A DNA stretch of 64,000 bases from the NCBI GenBank assembly GCA_029775855.1, contig JARVJZ010000002.1, positions 269,599-333,598 of the forward strand, read 5' to 3'. Below are positions 54,829-64,000 of the stretch, piece by piece (the stretch's first letter is position 1; each line of letters starts with the position of its first letter). The stretch comes from Nitrososphaeria archaeon (GTDB lineage: Archaea; Thermoproteota; Nitrososphaeria; Nitrososphaerales; JAAOZN01). Made by a program: the position numbers and the translations under genes. Below the pieces are notes generated by a model. It had not been told where the DNA came from. It did not search any database and saw only the letters and a list, made by a program, of their open reading frames with translations.

Positions 54829-56166
54829 TTGATTATAAAATCTGTAGCTACAGCCTTCCTCACTTATCGTGGCAAGATTCTAATCTTAAAGCGAAGCGAT
54901 AAAGTTGGAACCTATCGTGGTGCTTGGGCTGGTGTGAGCGGGTATGTCGAGCAGGGTGAGGAGCCCTTAGATACCGCGCTTAAAGAAGTAGTGGAGGAAA
55001 CGGGGTTAAAACTTGATAGAGGCGCGCTTTTGAAAAGAGGTGCCCCTCTACCAGCATACGATAAAGTAAAGGATGTGCTTTGGCTTGTCCACCCCTTCCT
55101 CTTTAAAGCGCCAACAAACAAAATAAGACTAGATTGGGAGCATGAAACCTATGCTTGGATTAAACCAGAAGCAGTCAAGCATTACAGCACTGTGCCACGC
55201 TTAGCAGATGCTTTGGAGCGTGTTAAACCACCAGCCTTCAAGCTAGATAAGACGCTTAGCAGCTACCTTAAGGAAATAAAACAAGACTCAACACACGGGT
55301 CAAGCTGGCTGGCAGCTAGAGCTGCAAGAATTCTCCAAGTAGCCTCAGATTCATCTACATACAGTAGCGTCGACCAATATGTCCAATTTCTCAAGTTTTA
55401 CGCTAAGATGTTAGCTGAAGCAAGGCCAAGTATGCTTGCCATAGAGAACACTATAATATATCTGCTTGGAGCTCTCATGGAAGGATACAGCAAGACTCCA
55501 GACTTAACTACTCTTAAAGACCTTTTGAGAAGAGCTGTTAGTGAGTGGCTTAAGATTAAAGAAGTAGCGTTTAAGAAGTGCGTTGAAAACACCTCAAACC
55601 TATTTGAAGAGGAATGTAAAGTGATAACGCACAGCTACAGCAGCACCGTCTTAGAAGCATTAAAACAAGCCTCTTCAAAGAATAGAGGCATCACAGTGTA
55701 TGTATCCGAATCAAGACCACGCTACGAAGGCAGAATTATGGCTAAAAAGCTAGCAGAAAGCAGATGCGATGTCACATTAATCACCGACGCATCAATAGGA
55801 CACTTCATTAAAGATGCAGATGTAGCTGTGGTAGGAGCAGATACAATTTCAGCCGACGGCTCAATAATTAATAAAGTGGGGACATATCTGCTTGCCTTAT
55901 CAGCCTATAAGGCTAATGTGCCCTTCTATGTCGCTGCTGAAACACTTAAGATTGGTGTAAGAACCCTCTTCGCTAAACCAGTATTAGAGGAGCATTCTCC
56001 TACCGAAGTTTTTAAAGGTTCTCCTAGTCTTAAAGCAAGAAACATATACTTTGATGTGACGCCAGCCGATTTGGTCACAAAGATCATCTGTGAAGATGGT
56101 TTAATCGAAGTCTCTAAGGCTTATGAATACGCTGTAAAAGCACTCAGATTGTCTTATTTCCCATAG
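54829..56166 (+). CDS. NUDIX domain fused to an aIF-2B/sugar-phosphate isomerase-like domain
   Basis: LKRS..VGTY.G.W..VSG..E...EETG, DWEH; then HGS, RPSM, THSYSSTV, ESRP..EG, GAD, NKVGT, FDVTP. Confidence 0.88.
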   Translation: MIIKSVATAFLTYRGKILILKRSDKVGTYRGAWAGVSGYVEQGEEPLDTALKEVVEETGLKLDRGALLKRGAPLPAYDKVKDVLWLVHPFLFKAPTNKIRLDWEHETYAWIKPEAVKHYSTVPRLADALERVKPPAFKLDKTLSSYLKEIKQDSTHGSSWLAARAARILQVASDSSTYSSVDQYVQFLKFYAKMLAEARPSMLAIENTIIYLLGALMEGYSKTPDLTTLKDLLRRAVSEWLKIKEVAFKKCVENTSNLFEEECKVITHSYSSTVLEALKQASSKNRGITVYVSESRPRYEGRIMAKKLAESRCDVTLITDASIGHFIKDADVAVVGADTISADGSIINKVGTYLLALSAYKANVPFYVAAETLKIGVRTLFAKPVLEEHSPTEVFKGSPSLKARNIYFDVTPADLVTKIICEDGLIEVSKAYEYAVKALRLSYFP

Positions 56167-56810
56167 CTCTCTAAGATGCTAGATGTGACTTCTCTACCTT
56201 GTCTCAACGCTATAAGCCTAGCAGATCTAAGATCCTTAACGCTGCGCTTATTCGGTTTACTTTTGACTAAGGAAGTTGTCCCAGCTTCGTCAACTATTTC
56301 TACTTGAATCTGTCTCCCAAATTCATCTAAAATTCCTTTCACCAACTTCAAAGCTATATCGATATTGCCGTCTCCTACCCTCACCACTTTTCTTTTTGCC
56401 GGTGTGCCTTTTAACAGCTTAGAAACTATGCTCAAAGCCTTTGCAGGGGAGTAGACAACACACTTATACACTTCTTCACCTAAATAAAAAGCTGAAATAC
56501 CTATCCTCACACCAGGATCAATACCGATAACATACACATCATCTCCACTTGGCTTCTTCAACATATGGAGGATCTTAGCCACAGCCAGCTCGCTATCTAA
56601 ATCCTCCAGACAAAGCACCGACTCAAAAGGTATATGAGCACGCTCCTTCCTCGTGGAGATGACAACTTTCACATTTTTATCTAAAGGCTCGTAAGGCGTA
56701 AGGCTTCTAAATGGTAAGCCCATGCTCTTAAGTAGATTCGATATAAAGAAGTATGCTCTACCATCAAGCGTAGCTACAGCAACTTCACGAGCAGCATCCA
56801 CCTCAACCAA
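56154..56810 (-). CDS. Hypothetical protein with RNase H-like C-terminal domain
   Basis: IGIDPG..IG, VRVGDG, VDE..T, D..SA..IA.R.G; start trimmed to avoid aIF2-alpha. Confidence 0.7.
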   Translation of the reverse strand: MVEVDAAREVAVATLDGRAYFFISNLLKSMGLPFRSLTPYEPLDKNVKVVISTRKERAHIPFESVLCLEDLDSELAVAKILHMLKKPSGDDVYVIGIDPGVRIGISAFYLGEEVYKCVVYSPAKALSIVSKLLKGTPAKRKVVRVGDGNIDIALKLVKGILDEFGRQIQVEIVDEAGTTSLVKSKPNKRSVKDLRSARLIALRQGREVTSSILESYGK

Positions 56811-56923
56811 ACATAAAAGACTTCTACACACACTTATATGAGCCTTACCATCCCATATGTTTAAGAAGAGCCTAACAAGAGGTAACATTACTACAGCAAA
56901 TAGTTTGGGTTGGAGGCTCAAGA

Positions 56924-57706
56924 TTGGAAGCACAGCTAGATCTACCAGAAGAAGGAGAATTAGTCTACGCAACCGTAACTCAGATAACACCACACGGCGT
57001 ATATGTAACCTTAGACGAATACGATGGAATGAAAGGTTTTCTACACATTTCAGAAATCTCTACAGGCTGGGTTAGAAACATCAGCAGATTCGTGCAGGAA
57101 AAACAAAAACTCATCCTTAAAGTGATAAGAGTGAATAAGGTGAGGAGAGAAGTAGACCTCTCCCTTAGACAAGTAACCGAAGAAGAGCGGAGGGCCAAGA
57201 TACTTCAGATCAAAAGATTCGAAAAAGCTAGAATCGTTTTTAACACTGTTAAGATGAGACTTAATCTAACTCAAGAAGACGCAACGAAATACGAAGAAGC
57301 TATCCTTGAAAAATACGACGATCTATACACAGCCCTTGAAACTATACTTACCAAAGGAGAAAAAGCATTTGAAGGTTTAAATCTTCCAGCAGAATATATC
57401 GCAACCTTAAAGCAGGTCGCTAAAGAAAAGATAACGCTCCCTACCGTCAGCATAAAAGGAGTTATTGAAGCAAAGTCCCTAAGCCCCAACGGTATAGAGA
57501 TAATCAAAGAAGCGCTAGAAGAAGCAGAAAAAGTAAAGAGCAGCGGAGCAGTGGTAAATATAACCTACCTTGCAGCCTCAAAGTATTTAATAACCGTAAC
57601 AGCAGAAAACTACAAGATAGCCGAAAGAACCCTTGAGGCTGCGCTCAATAAAGCCAAAAACATATTACAAAAGAATAAAGCGTTTTTCTCATTCAGCAGA
57701 GGTTGA
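56924..57706 (+). CDS. eif2a: Translation initiation factor 2 subunit alpha
   Basis: LPEEGELV.ATV, LDEY, HISEI.TGWVRNI, VDLSLR, Y.AA..Y...AENYK.AE. Confidence 0.96.
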   Translation: MEAQLDLPEEGELVYATVTQITPHGVYVTLDEYDGMKGFLHISEISTGWVRNISRFVQEKQKLILKVIRVNKVRREVDLSLRQVTEEERRAKILQIKRFEKARIVFNTVKMRLNLTQEDATKYEEAILEKYDDLYTALETILTKGEKAFEGLNLPAEYIATLKQVAKEKITLPTVSIKGVIEAKSLSPNGIEIIKEALEEAEKVKSSGAVVNITYLAASKYLITVTAENYKIAERTLEAALNKAKNILQKNKAFFSFSRG

Positions 57707-57710
57707 TAGT

Positions 57711-57890
57711 TTGATTAAGCTTTTACGAAGATGCAGTAAGTGCCAAACTTATACACTATCAACCATCTGCAGCAAATGCGGCAGCGAGACATCTTACCCT
57801 CATCCGCCCAAGTTCTCACTAGATGATAAATACGCCACATATAGATTAATGGAGCGCTATAAGAAATCTGAGCAAGAGCAGCCTACATAA
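57711..57890 (+). CDS. nop10: H/ACA RNP protein Nop10
   Basis: RC..C..YTL...C..CG....HPPKFS.DDKY..YR; start TTG 57711. Confidence 0.93.
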   Translation: MIKLLRRCSKCQTYTLSTICSKCGSETSYPHPPKFSLDDKYATYRLMERYKKSEQEQPT

Positions 57891-60054
57891 GCACCTTATA
57901 GATCAAGACCGCAGCGAACACACCCTCAGCACTAGGATTGTCTAGACTAGAAGATTTGAAGACGAGCTTCAGCAGCCCATCATCGTCTGTATACTTAAGC
58001 TGTTTTGTGTAAAGCGCTATATATCCAGGCTTATACTCTGAACCCTGAAACCTACCAGATCTATCAACGAACTGCACAAACTCAAATGGCCACATCTTAC
58101 CTAATATCGTGTTTTCCCAAAAGTATGGTTTAGGTGTGAACTCATCTTCATACAGGAATTGAGTCATATTAAGCCCCCCTATCCTTATGAACCACTGCTT
58201 CTTACTTTCATCTCCACCACCACCAAGCATATAGTACTCAAAGCCTTGAGAAGAAAGCCTTTGACCCGCAACAAAAGCGACTATATAGCCCGGTCTTAGC
58301 CTATCTGGCTCCTTTGGATCTCGAAGTAGGCTCTTTAGAATCGATGCTGCTTGACTTTCATTTGACATGAATAATCGCCCTATCTGCGCTATCTTAGTTG
58401 AGTTTATAGTAGCATTATCCGCTAAAGTGGTTCTATTCCCCATAACTGTTATCCAATACCCATAATCCCACCAAGAAATGATAACAGCATCCTCAGGAGT
58501 ATTATCCCTGATCCAAGCCAAGGCTTCACGCCAATCTGATAACTCTATTTTATAGCCGGTTCCAGCATTCGCAATACTTACAGGTTGATCCGCTATATCA
58601 CGCCAACTTGAGCCCACAGGATAGACCATAGGTATTGTCAGAAGCCCTATAAGCAAGATAGAATAAGCAATCTTCACATCGCTCCTAATTTCACGTAGGT
58701 AAGCCTTCTTACCAACCACTTTAGACGATTTAAGAATGGATGAAGAGAGTTCAACTAAACCAATAGCGCCCAAGGTCACTAAGGCTAAAGTTGAATAGAC
58801 CATAAGTCTGGAGAACGATGACGCAATATACACACCAGATATGCCCAAAATCAAAGCGAAGATAGACTCAGGACTTCTACGCCTAAACGCAACATAAACA
58901 CCAAAGAGCGCCAAAAAGATAAGCACACCATACGCCCTAAAATACTCTATATGAGTAGGCACAAAGTGCTCAGCTACAGACTCTATAAGTGGGTCAGCAG
59001 TCCTCTGGAAAGGGTAAATCACTGTGTAGTATCTTGCGCTAACAGCTGAAACCGCACCAAAACTTACTACCAGCAGACTGACTACAAGTAGTGAAAAGAC
59101 CGCCTTCAAAACATTCCTTGAAAACATCTTTTCTTGAACAGACTCAAGCCTATAAGCTATAAGGGAAAATAGGTAACCAACTATCAGCAGTAAACCTATA
59201 GGGTTCAGAATAAATGCTGCTCCCGGTCTTGGGAATATGGAGCTAAAGACTAAGGTGAAAGATACGAGTAATCCGCCAGCATATGCATTTTTCTCCAAGT
59301 CAAACTTCATAAAGGATGCTATAATTAAAAAGAGTCCAAAGACTATCCCAAAGTATTGTGCGCCGCCCCAGCATGTGTTAGCATAGCCTAGTAATATACC
59401 AGCCAAGCTAGCACGCCAAATAAGGCTGCTGAGCTTGACCTTTGAATCATAAATAGTAAGGTAAAGGTAGACCGCCGAGAGTGCTAGGAAGAGCGCAAGA
59501 GGCTCGGATTTGAACCAACCCAAGCTTCCACGTTGAAGAAGCGGAGGAGAAGTCGCAAATAAAAGTGAAGCTAAGAGACCACCGCCAGAGCCAGCAAACC
59601 TCTTAACAAGCAGAAACATAATTAGAGTCGTAAATGCACCTATATACACGGGTAAAATCACTAAGAAGTCATAGAGAGTTATCGATATGTTAAATATACT
59701 AGTCGCTATGAGGTAAAGAGTTGCGCCTGCGAAGTGCAGCCCGACTTGTGAGCTTGAAGCAACATCTCTACCCTCAGGAAACCAAGTGCTATAATCCCTC
59801 CACGTAAAATACTCTGCGAAACCAGCTAACCCCTTCTCCTTAAACCCCTCCACTAAACGGTTTGTAGCATAGTAGTCAAAGAAGGGGTCATATTCGTGGA
59901 GGTAATATCCATACTTTGATGGATATATTCTTAAGAAGAGTGCAACCGAGAATATGGCGACTAAGGCTAAGAGCAGTAAAACAGTTTTCGAACTAACCGT
60001 CGGCCTATGAATAGACTTTACGGCGTCTTTAAGCATAGAGACTCTATCTGTCAA
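57883..60054 (-). CDS. aglB: Oligosaccharyltransferase AglB (STT3)
   Basis: EYDPFF, W.PEGR, SVAEH, SWWDYGYWI, DNAT, DESK. Confidence 0.95.
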   Translation of the reverse strand: MTDRVSMLKDAVKSIHRPTVSSKTVLLLLALVAIFSVALFLRIYPSKYGYYLHEYDPFFDYYATNRLVEGFKEKGLAGFAEYFTWRDYSTWFPEGRDVASSSQVGLHFAGATLYLIATSIFNISITLYDFLVILPVYIGAFTTLIMFLLVKRFAGSGGGLLASLLFATSPPLLQRGSLGWFKSEPLALFLALSAVYLYLTIYDSKVKLSSLIWRASLAGILLGYANTCWGGAQYFGIVFGLFLIIASFMKFDLEKNAYAGGLLVSFTLVFSSIFPRPGAAFILNPIGLLLIVGYLFSLIAYRLESVQEKMFSRNVLKAVFSLLVVSLLVVSFGAVSAVSARYYTVIYPFQRTADPLIESVAEHFVPTHIEYFRAYGVLIFLALFGVYVAFRRRSPESIFALILGISGVYIASSFSRLMVYSTLALVTLGAIGLVELSSSILKSSKVVGKKAYLREIRSDVKIAYSILLIGLLTIPMVYPVGSSWRDIADQPVSIANAGTGYKIELSDWREALAWIRDNTPEDAVIISWWDYGYWITVMGNRTTLADNATINSTKIAQIGRLFMSNESQAASILKSLLRDPKEPDRLRPGYIVAFVAGQRLSSQGFEYYMLGGGGDESKKQWFIRIGGLNMTQFLYEDEFTPKPYFWENTILGKMWPFEFVQFVDRSGRFQGSEYKPGYIALYTKQLKYTDDDGLLKLVFKSSSLDNPSAEGVFAAVLIYKVLM

Positions 60055-60098
60055 ACTCTACGCCTAACCACACAGTTGAATTTGATGGTTTTATAACT

Positions 60099-61220
60099 TT
60101 ATGCAATGCACCTTATAACCTGAATCTCATTATAATCGACGATGACCTTATAGTATCCCTCCAACTCCTTATCGAGCTGTGCATCTCCAGTATCAACTCT
60201 TAAGAAATCTAGTGTATCCCTCTTTCCCTTAGTAGCAACCACAATTACCCCGTTTTTACCTACTTGCCTTATAACTTCAGGGCTTATCTGCTGATTTCCC
60301 CGTCCAAAGATGTAGCCTTGGCGCCCTATAGGTGAAACTATTATCTTCGCTCTCATACCTTTTATAGCCTCGAGGATCTGAGCCTCATTAGCATCCTTAA
60401 CGATAACTCTATCCTTTTTTATCACGTCAACTCCAAGAAGCGTTTTAGGAAGATTAAGTAGATCAGCTATAGCCTTAGTGGTCGTCCCAGCACCAAGTAT
60501 GTAGATCTCATCATCACTCATATCTTTAACCACTCTTCTAGCTATTGCTTGCTGATTCTCAGCTTCATCCCCAGCAGCTATAGTCGGCATCTTTGATGAT
60601 TGCACAAATACGGGATCTGACAATGTAAGCATATACCCATAGAGTTTAATCGAAAGCACACCACGCCTATATGCATCTTCATCTATATCAAGAACTTCAC
60701 TAAGTCTTGTTGCTACCCTTCCACCCAAATATTCAGAAACAAGCTTCGCAGCACCTTTTGGCGTAGATGCAAAGACAGCTGAATACATCTTAACGCCAGC
60801 CGGCACACCTATAACTGGCACGCCTTCCTTAATAGCATCTAACACATCTCTTGCTGTTCCATCTCCGCCTACAAAGACTATCAACTCAACCCCTTCATCA
60901 ATACAATCTCTCACAGCCCTCTTAGTATCTTCTGCTGTAGTAGGCTGCTTCACCGAACCTACAACCTTAAAGTTAAAACCAGATTTTTTTAACACCTCCT
61001 CACCCATTCCATCGGGATAACAGACCATCTGTACGCCTTTCTCTAGCATCCTAAGTTCACGTAAAAATTCTTCTGCCCTTTGAGGTGCGATTAGTTTTGC
61101 ACCTAAATCTAAAGCTCTTCTTACTATTTCTTCTCCATCAGACCCCTTTAAACCTACCCGCCCACCTACTCCCGCTATAGGGTTAACTATGAACCCTATC
61201 TTGCTCTCTTTTAGAGTCAT
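60099..61220 (-). CDS. ATP-NAD kinase-like protein (COG3199-type)
   Basis: NPIAG.GG..GLKGSDG, GGDGTARD, PAGVKMYS, GRGNQQ. Confidence 0.88.
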   Translation of the reverse strand: MTLKESKIGFIVNPIAGVGGRVGLKGSDGEEIVRRALDLGAKLIAPQRAEEFLRELRMLEKGVQMVCYPDGMGEEVLKKSGFNFKVVGSVKQPTTAEDTKRAVRDCIDEGVELIVFVGGDGTARDVLDAIKEGVPVIGVPAGVKMYSAVFASTPKGAAKLVSEYLGGRVATRLSEVLDIDEDAYRRGVLSIKLYGYMLTLSDPVFVQSSKMPTIAAGDEAENQQAIARRVVKDMSDDEIYILGAGTTTKAIADLLNLPKTLLGVDVIKKDRVIVKDANEAQILEAIKGMRAKIIVSPIGRQGYIFGRGNQQISPEVIRQVGKNGVIVVATKGKRDTLDFLRVDTGDAQLDKELEGYYKVIVDYNEIQVIRCIA

Positions 61221-61633
61221 CTCCCCTCTTTTCTGCCTAACTCCTTTAGGTAGGCAGCGTAGGCTACCGCTGTATATAGGCTCTTAACCTCCTCTAGGTT
61301 TAAGGGCTCTATCTCAGCTATCCACCCATCACCATAAGGAGATTCTGATATTAACTCTGGTATGCTACTCAGCTTATCATTTACCTTCACTACTACACCT
61401 GATAAAGGTGCGTATATGTCTGAGACGGCTTTAACAGACTCCACTGACCCTAACACTTCACCACTCTTGACTGTGGAGCCAACTTCAGGCAACGAAACAT
61501 ACACTATGTCACGAAGCATCTTCACAGCATAATCAGTTATACCCACCACAGCCCTCTTATCACTAACAATTCTTACCCACTCATGCTCCTTTGTATAGTA
61601 AAGCCCCTCAATGACCTTAAACTCTTCAACCAT
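61217..61633 (-). CDS. gcvH: Glycine cleavage system H protein
   Basis: Y..EHEW, GITDYA, ESVKAVSD lipoyl-Lys, PYGDGW. Confidence 0.96.
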   Translation of the reverse strand: MVEEFKVIEGLYYTKEHEWVRIVSDKRAVVGITDYAVKMLRDIVYVSLPEVGSTVKSGEVLGSVESVKAVSDIYAPLSGVVVKVNDKLSSIPELISESPYGDGWIAEIEPLNLEEVKSLYTAVAYAAYLKELGRKEGR

Positions 61634-61656
61634 CTAAACCATCGCCCATAAACTAA

Positions 61657-61866
61657 CTAATCCAATCTCTTCAGAACGGTAGCAAAAATCTTAGCCTTTC
61701 CTCCAGTATTTTGAGCTATAGGAGCTCCGCAACTACTACACTTTACAGTTAAAGTTGAATTCGAAAAGAGCACTTGCTCATTACTACAATTAGAGCATTG
61801 AACCAGAAGGAAGCTGCTCCTAGGCTTAGGAAGCAAAACCCTCTCTCTTTTAACCACTTTTAACAC
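61657..61866 (-). CDS. rps27e: 30S ribosomal protein S27e
   Basis: PRSSFL.V.C..C.NEQ, C..CG...TGGKA. Confidence 0.96.
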   Translation of the reverse strand: MLKVVKRERVLLPKPRSSFLLVQCSNCSNEQVLFSNSTLTVKCSSCGAPIAQNTGGKAKIFATVLKRLD

Positions 61867-61868
61867 AC

Positions 61869-62147
61869 CTACGCTACAATCTCAAGCTTCCTTAGTCTGA
61901 TGCCCTCCCTCATACTCTGCCGACCGCACTCTTTGCATTTAAGCTTCAACGTCTGCTTCTTTGTAGTCTTCGCTGTCCTCTTAAGCTCAGGGAACTTCTG
62001 CCCACCATAACCTTTCTTATCCTCAGCATGTCTCCTAGCGCCAAGCGCTGTGCTTCTCTCCTTCCCCTTCTTATATAACGAAACAGAGTGAACAGTATAC
62101 TTATTACACTTCTTGCAATAGGTATTGATCTCTTTCGGAACCTTCAT
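61869..62147 (-). CDS. rpl44e: 50S ribosomal protein L44e
   Basis: MKVPK...TYC..C..YT.H, GYGGQ, KTTKK..L.C..C. Confidence 0.96.
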   Translation of the reverse strand: MKVPKEINTYCKKCNKYTVHSVSLYKKGKERSTALGARRHAEDKKGYGGQKFPELKRTAKTTKKQTLKLKCKECGRQSMREGIRLRKLEIVA

Positions 62148-62431
62148 CTGTAGGGCACCTTCAACACCATTTCATTTCTAACTATATAATGGTTATGGCA
62201 TCCAAATAACTCAGAAAGGCACCATAACTGTTAGAACTTTTCTATTTTAAGCATAGTAGAAAACTGCGCAAAGATAAAAATCCTATAATATACCTAAATA
62301 TGCATTAAATAAATGCGCAGCAAAAATTTAGATTAGAAAGAAACCGAGATAAACTCATGTGAAAAGGTTTAGAGTATGCTAACCGCATAAGTTAAGTGCA
62401 TAAACAAACCAACATATAGAGGCTAGTAGAG

Positions 62432-63832
62432 ATGCCAGATACTCAATCGTTGAAAGCGAGGATACTTAACCAAAGAAGAGACCTAACTGAAGAAGAGTTA
62501 AACAAGCTTATTGAGGAGAAGAAGAAGCAGATAGGGGCAGGATACCTTAGTGATGCAGGAGCATGTTGGCTCATAGCTTCTGAACTCGGAATTACATTAG
62601 AAGATGAGCCTCAAATTAGCACTGAGTTCACACCCAGCACCATACAGATAGGGATGCAAGAGGCAACAGTCAAAGGCCGTGTACTCTCAATATACCCAAC
62701 AAAAACCTACACCAAAAAGGATGGGTTAAGTGGTAGATTTAGGCGTATGGTAATATTCGACACAAAAGCCTACCTCCCAGTAACATTATGGGACGAAGCT
62801 TCAACGCTTCCCGAGCACCTGTCGATTAAAGTTGGGAGCTTGGTTAAGATCGTAAGAGGCTATGTTAGAGCAGGGTTAGATGGTAAGCCTGTGCTGCACG
62901 TAGGTTATCGGGGCTCTATCGAAGTCATTCAGGAAGATGAAGCCTTCATAACTCTAGAGGAGATTAGTAAAGATGTTTCTGAGGTGAAGGCTGTCGAACG
63001 TAGTCTTATAGTCAAAGGAGTAGTGGATTCTGAACCCAAGCATTCCGAGTTCACAAAAAGAGATGGCAGGTTAGGTCGTGTGTCGCAATTCTACATCAAG
63101 GGTAAAGCTGGGTTAAGGGTTAGGGTTGTGCTATGGGACAGCAGCCCAGATATAATCAACACAATAAGTGTTGGCAGCGGCGTGTTAATAACTGCAGTTC
63201 GTTCTAAAATCTTGCCAAACGGAGATATTGAGTTACACGGAGACGAGGCGACAACAATACAACCATATAAAATAGAGGTCAGCAAGAAGACCTTTAGATT
63301 ACTGTCTAAAGGTGCTTCTCAGCAAGAAGCCACAACAATTCTTCTACTCGACGAAACGAAAAACATAAAACCATACATTATAAAGGGAGAAGCATTACAA
63401 GTCGTCAAGAACATGCCCTACGATACCTTAATCGAAGTAAACACCCAGAAACCAGTAATTTACACACCATCAGAACTAAAGATAATCAAAGAAGATAAAA
63501 GCTCAATACCTAAGAGCACAGAGTTACTAACTAAGATCAAGGACGTTAAAGGCGCTTCTGACATACTCTTCTTAAAAGTGATAGCCTTATCTAAACCCAT
63601 AGCACAAGACATCACCGCAAAAGACGGATCTACGGTGAAGAAGGCTGAGCTTATAGTCGGTGATGAAACAGGGGAAATAAGGCTGAATGCGTGGAGAGAA
63701 CTCACCGATAAAATCGTTAACATAAAGCCAGGAGAGCGGCTACTACTGAGAGGCGTGTCAAGCCAAGTCGGGAGAGACGGTGCACCACATCTGATGGTGA
63801 AAGCTTATACAGATGTGGAGAAAATCAAGTAA
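62432..63832 (+). CDS. rpa: Replication protein A (multi-OB-fold ssDNA-binding protein)
   Basis: N-terminal helical domain, OB folds with KDG..G, D.T....LW, GDETGEIRLNAW. Confidence 0.88.
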   Translation: MPDTQSLKARILNQRRDLTEEELNKLIEEKKKQIGAGYLSDAGACWLIASELGITLEDEPQISTEFTPSTIQIGMQEATVKGRVLSIYPTKTYTKKDGLSGRFRRMVIFDTKAYLPVTLWDEASTLPEHLSIKVGSLVKIVRGYVRAGLDGKPVLHVGYRGSIEVIQEDEAFITLEEISKDVSEVKAVERSLIVKGVVDSEPKHSEFTKRDGRLGRVSQFYIKGKAGLRVRVVLWDSSPDIINTISVGSGVLITAVRSKILPNGDIELHGDEATTIQPYKIEVSKKTFRLLSKGASQQEATTILLLDETKNIKPYIIKGEALQVVKNMPYDTLIEVNTQKPVIYTPSELKIIKEDKSSIPKSTELLTKIKDVKGASDILFLKVIALSKPIAQDITAKDGSTVKKAELIVGDETGEIRLNAWRELTDKIVNIKPGERLLLRGVSSQVGRDGAPHLMVKAYTDVEKIK

Positions 63833-64000
63833 TCTTGGAGGCAAACTCTAACAGACTGTTAACCACATACTCCCCCTTCCCCTTTCCGCTTCTGTCGAGT
63901 AGATAAGCTCTCACGCCAACCTTTCTAGGAACCTCAAAGTCAAAAACTTGACTATCACCAACATGATACAGTTCTGAAGGCTTCAAGTTTAATTCAGCAA
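63825..64000 (-). CDS. HAD-superfamily hydrolase, 3' fragment
   Basis: Manual translation ...KPSELYHVGDSQVFDFEVPRKVGVRAYLLDR...VNSLLE (HAD motif IV); not in the ORF track. Confidence 0.8.
   Translation of the reverse strand, partial: AELNLKPSELYHVGDSQVFDFEVPRKVGVRAYLLDRSGKGKGEYVVNSLLEFASKIT

Noticed and set aside
56811-56993. Hydrophobic N-terminal extension of ORF 56154-56993
   Set aside because: Antisense overlap with aIF2-alpha and its promoter; true start is near 56810 or 56801.
62150-62430. Intergenic region with a CTGCGCA...TGCGCAG inverted pair; possible ncRNA or tRNA
   Set aside because: Short arms, AT-rich, no cloverleaf; consistent with a divergent promoter.

Overview
Compact archaeal chromosome segment, probably a non-ammonia-oxidising Nitrososphaeria/Thaumarchaeota-like or related TACK lineage (inferred from PolD + Elf1 + RPA + Nre + short XPF and gene order). 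The left end holds a replication origin: ORB boxes at about 2866-3192 upstream of orc1/cdc6, bracketed by the PolD subunit genes (DP2 fragment at the edge, DP1 convergent with cdc6). Three uncharacterised small genes lie beside the origin, one encoding a membrane-anchored coiled-coil winged-helix protein. A 12-bp palindrome TGTGATATCACA occurs four times perfectly within the first 2.1 kb, mostly inside coding sequence, and I found it nowhere else by eye; this is a candidate origin-tethering or segregation system. Housekeeping genes follow (lipA, pepA, alba, GT4s, nre, topA, RNase P RNA, xpf, glnA), then a surface-protein ABC export module and an MNT-HEPN pair. An accessory redox island at about 33.5-50.6 kb encodes a Tat-exported PaoABC-like Mo-hydroxylase, an unusual group-3-like [NiFe]-hydrogenase linked to HybA-like and cytochrome-b membrane subunits, and a duplicated split-YedE/DUF3343/YjeF-like cassette. 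The right end carries aIF2-alpha, nop10, aglB, gcvH, rps27e, rpl44e and RPA. No tRNA, rRNA, CRISPR array or IS element was recognised. All calls come from reading motifs by eye; no database searches were run.
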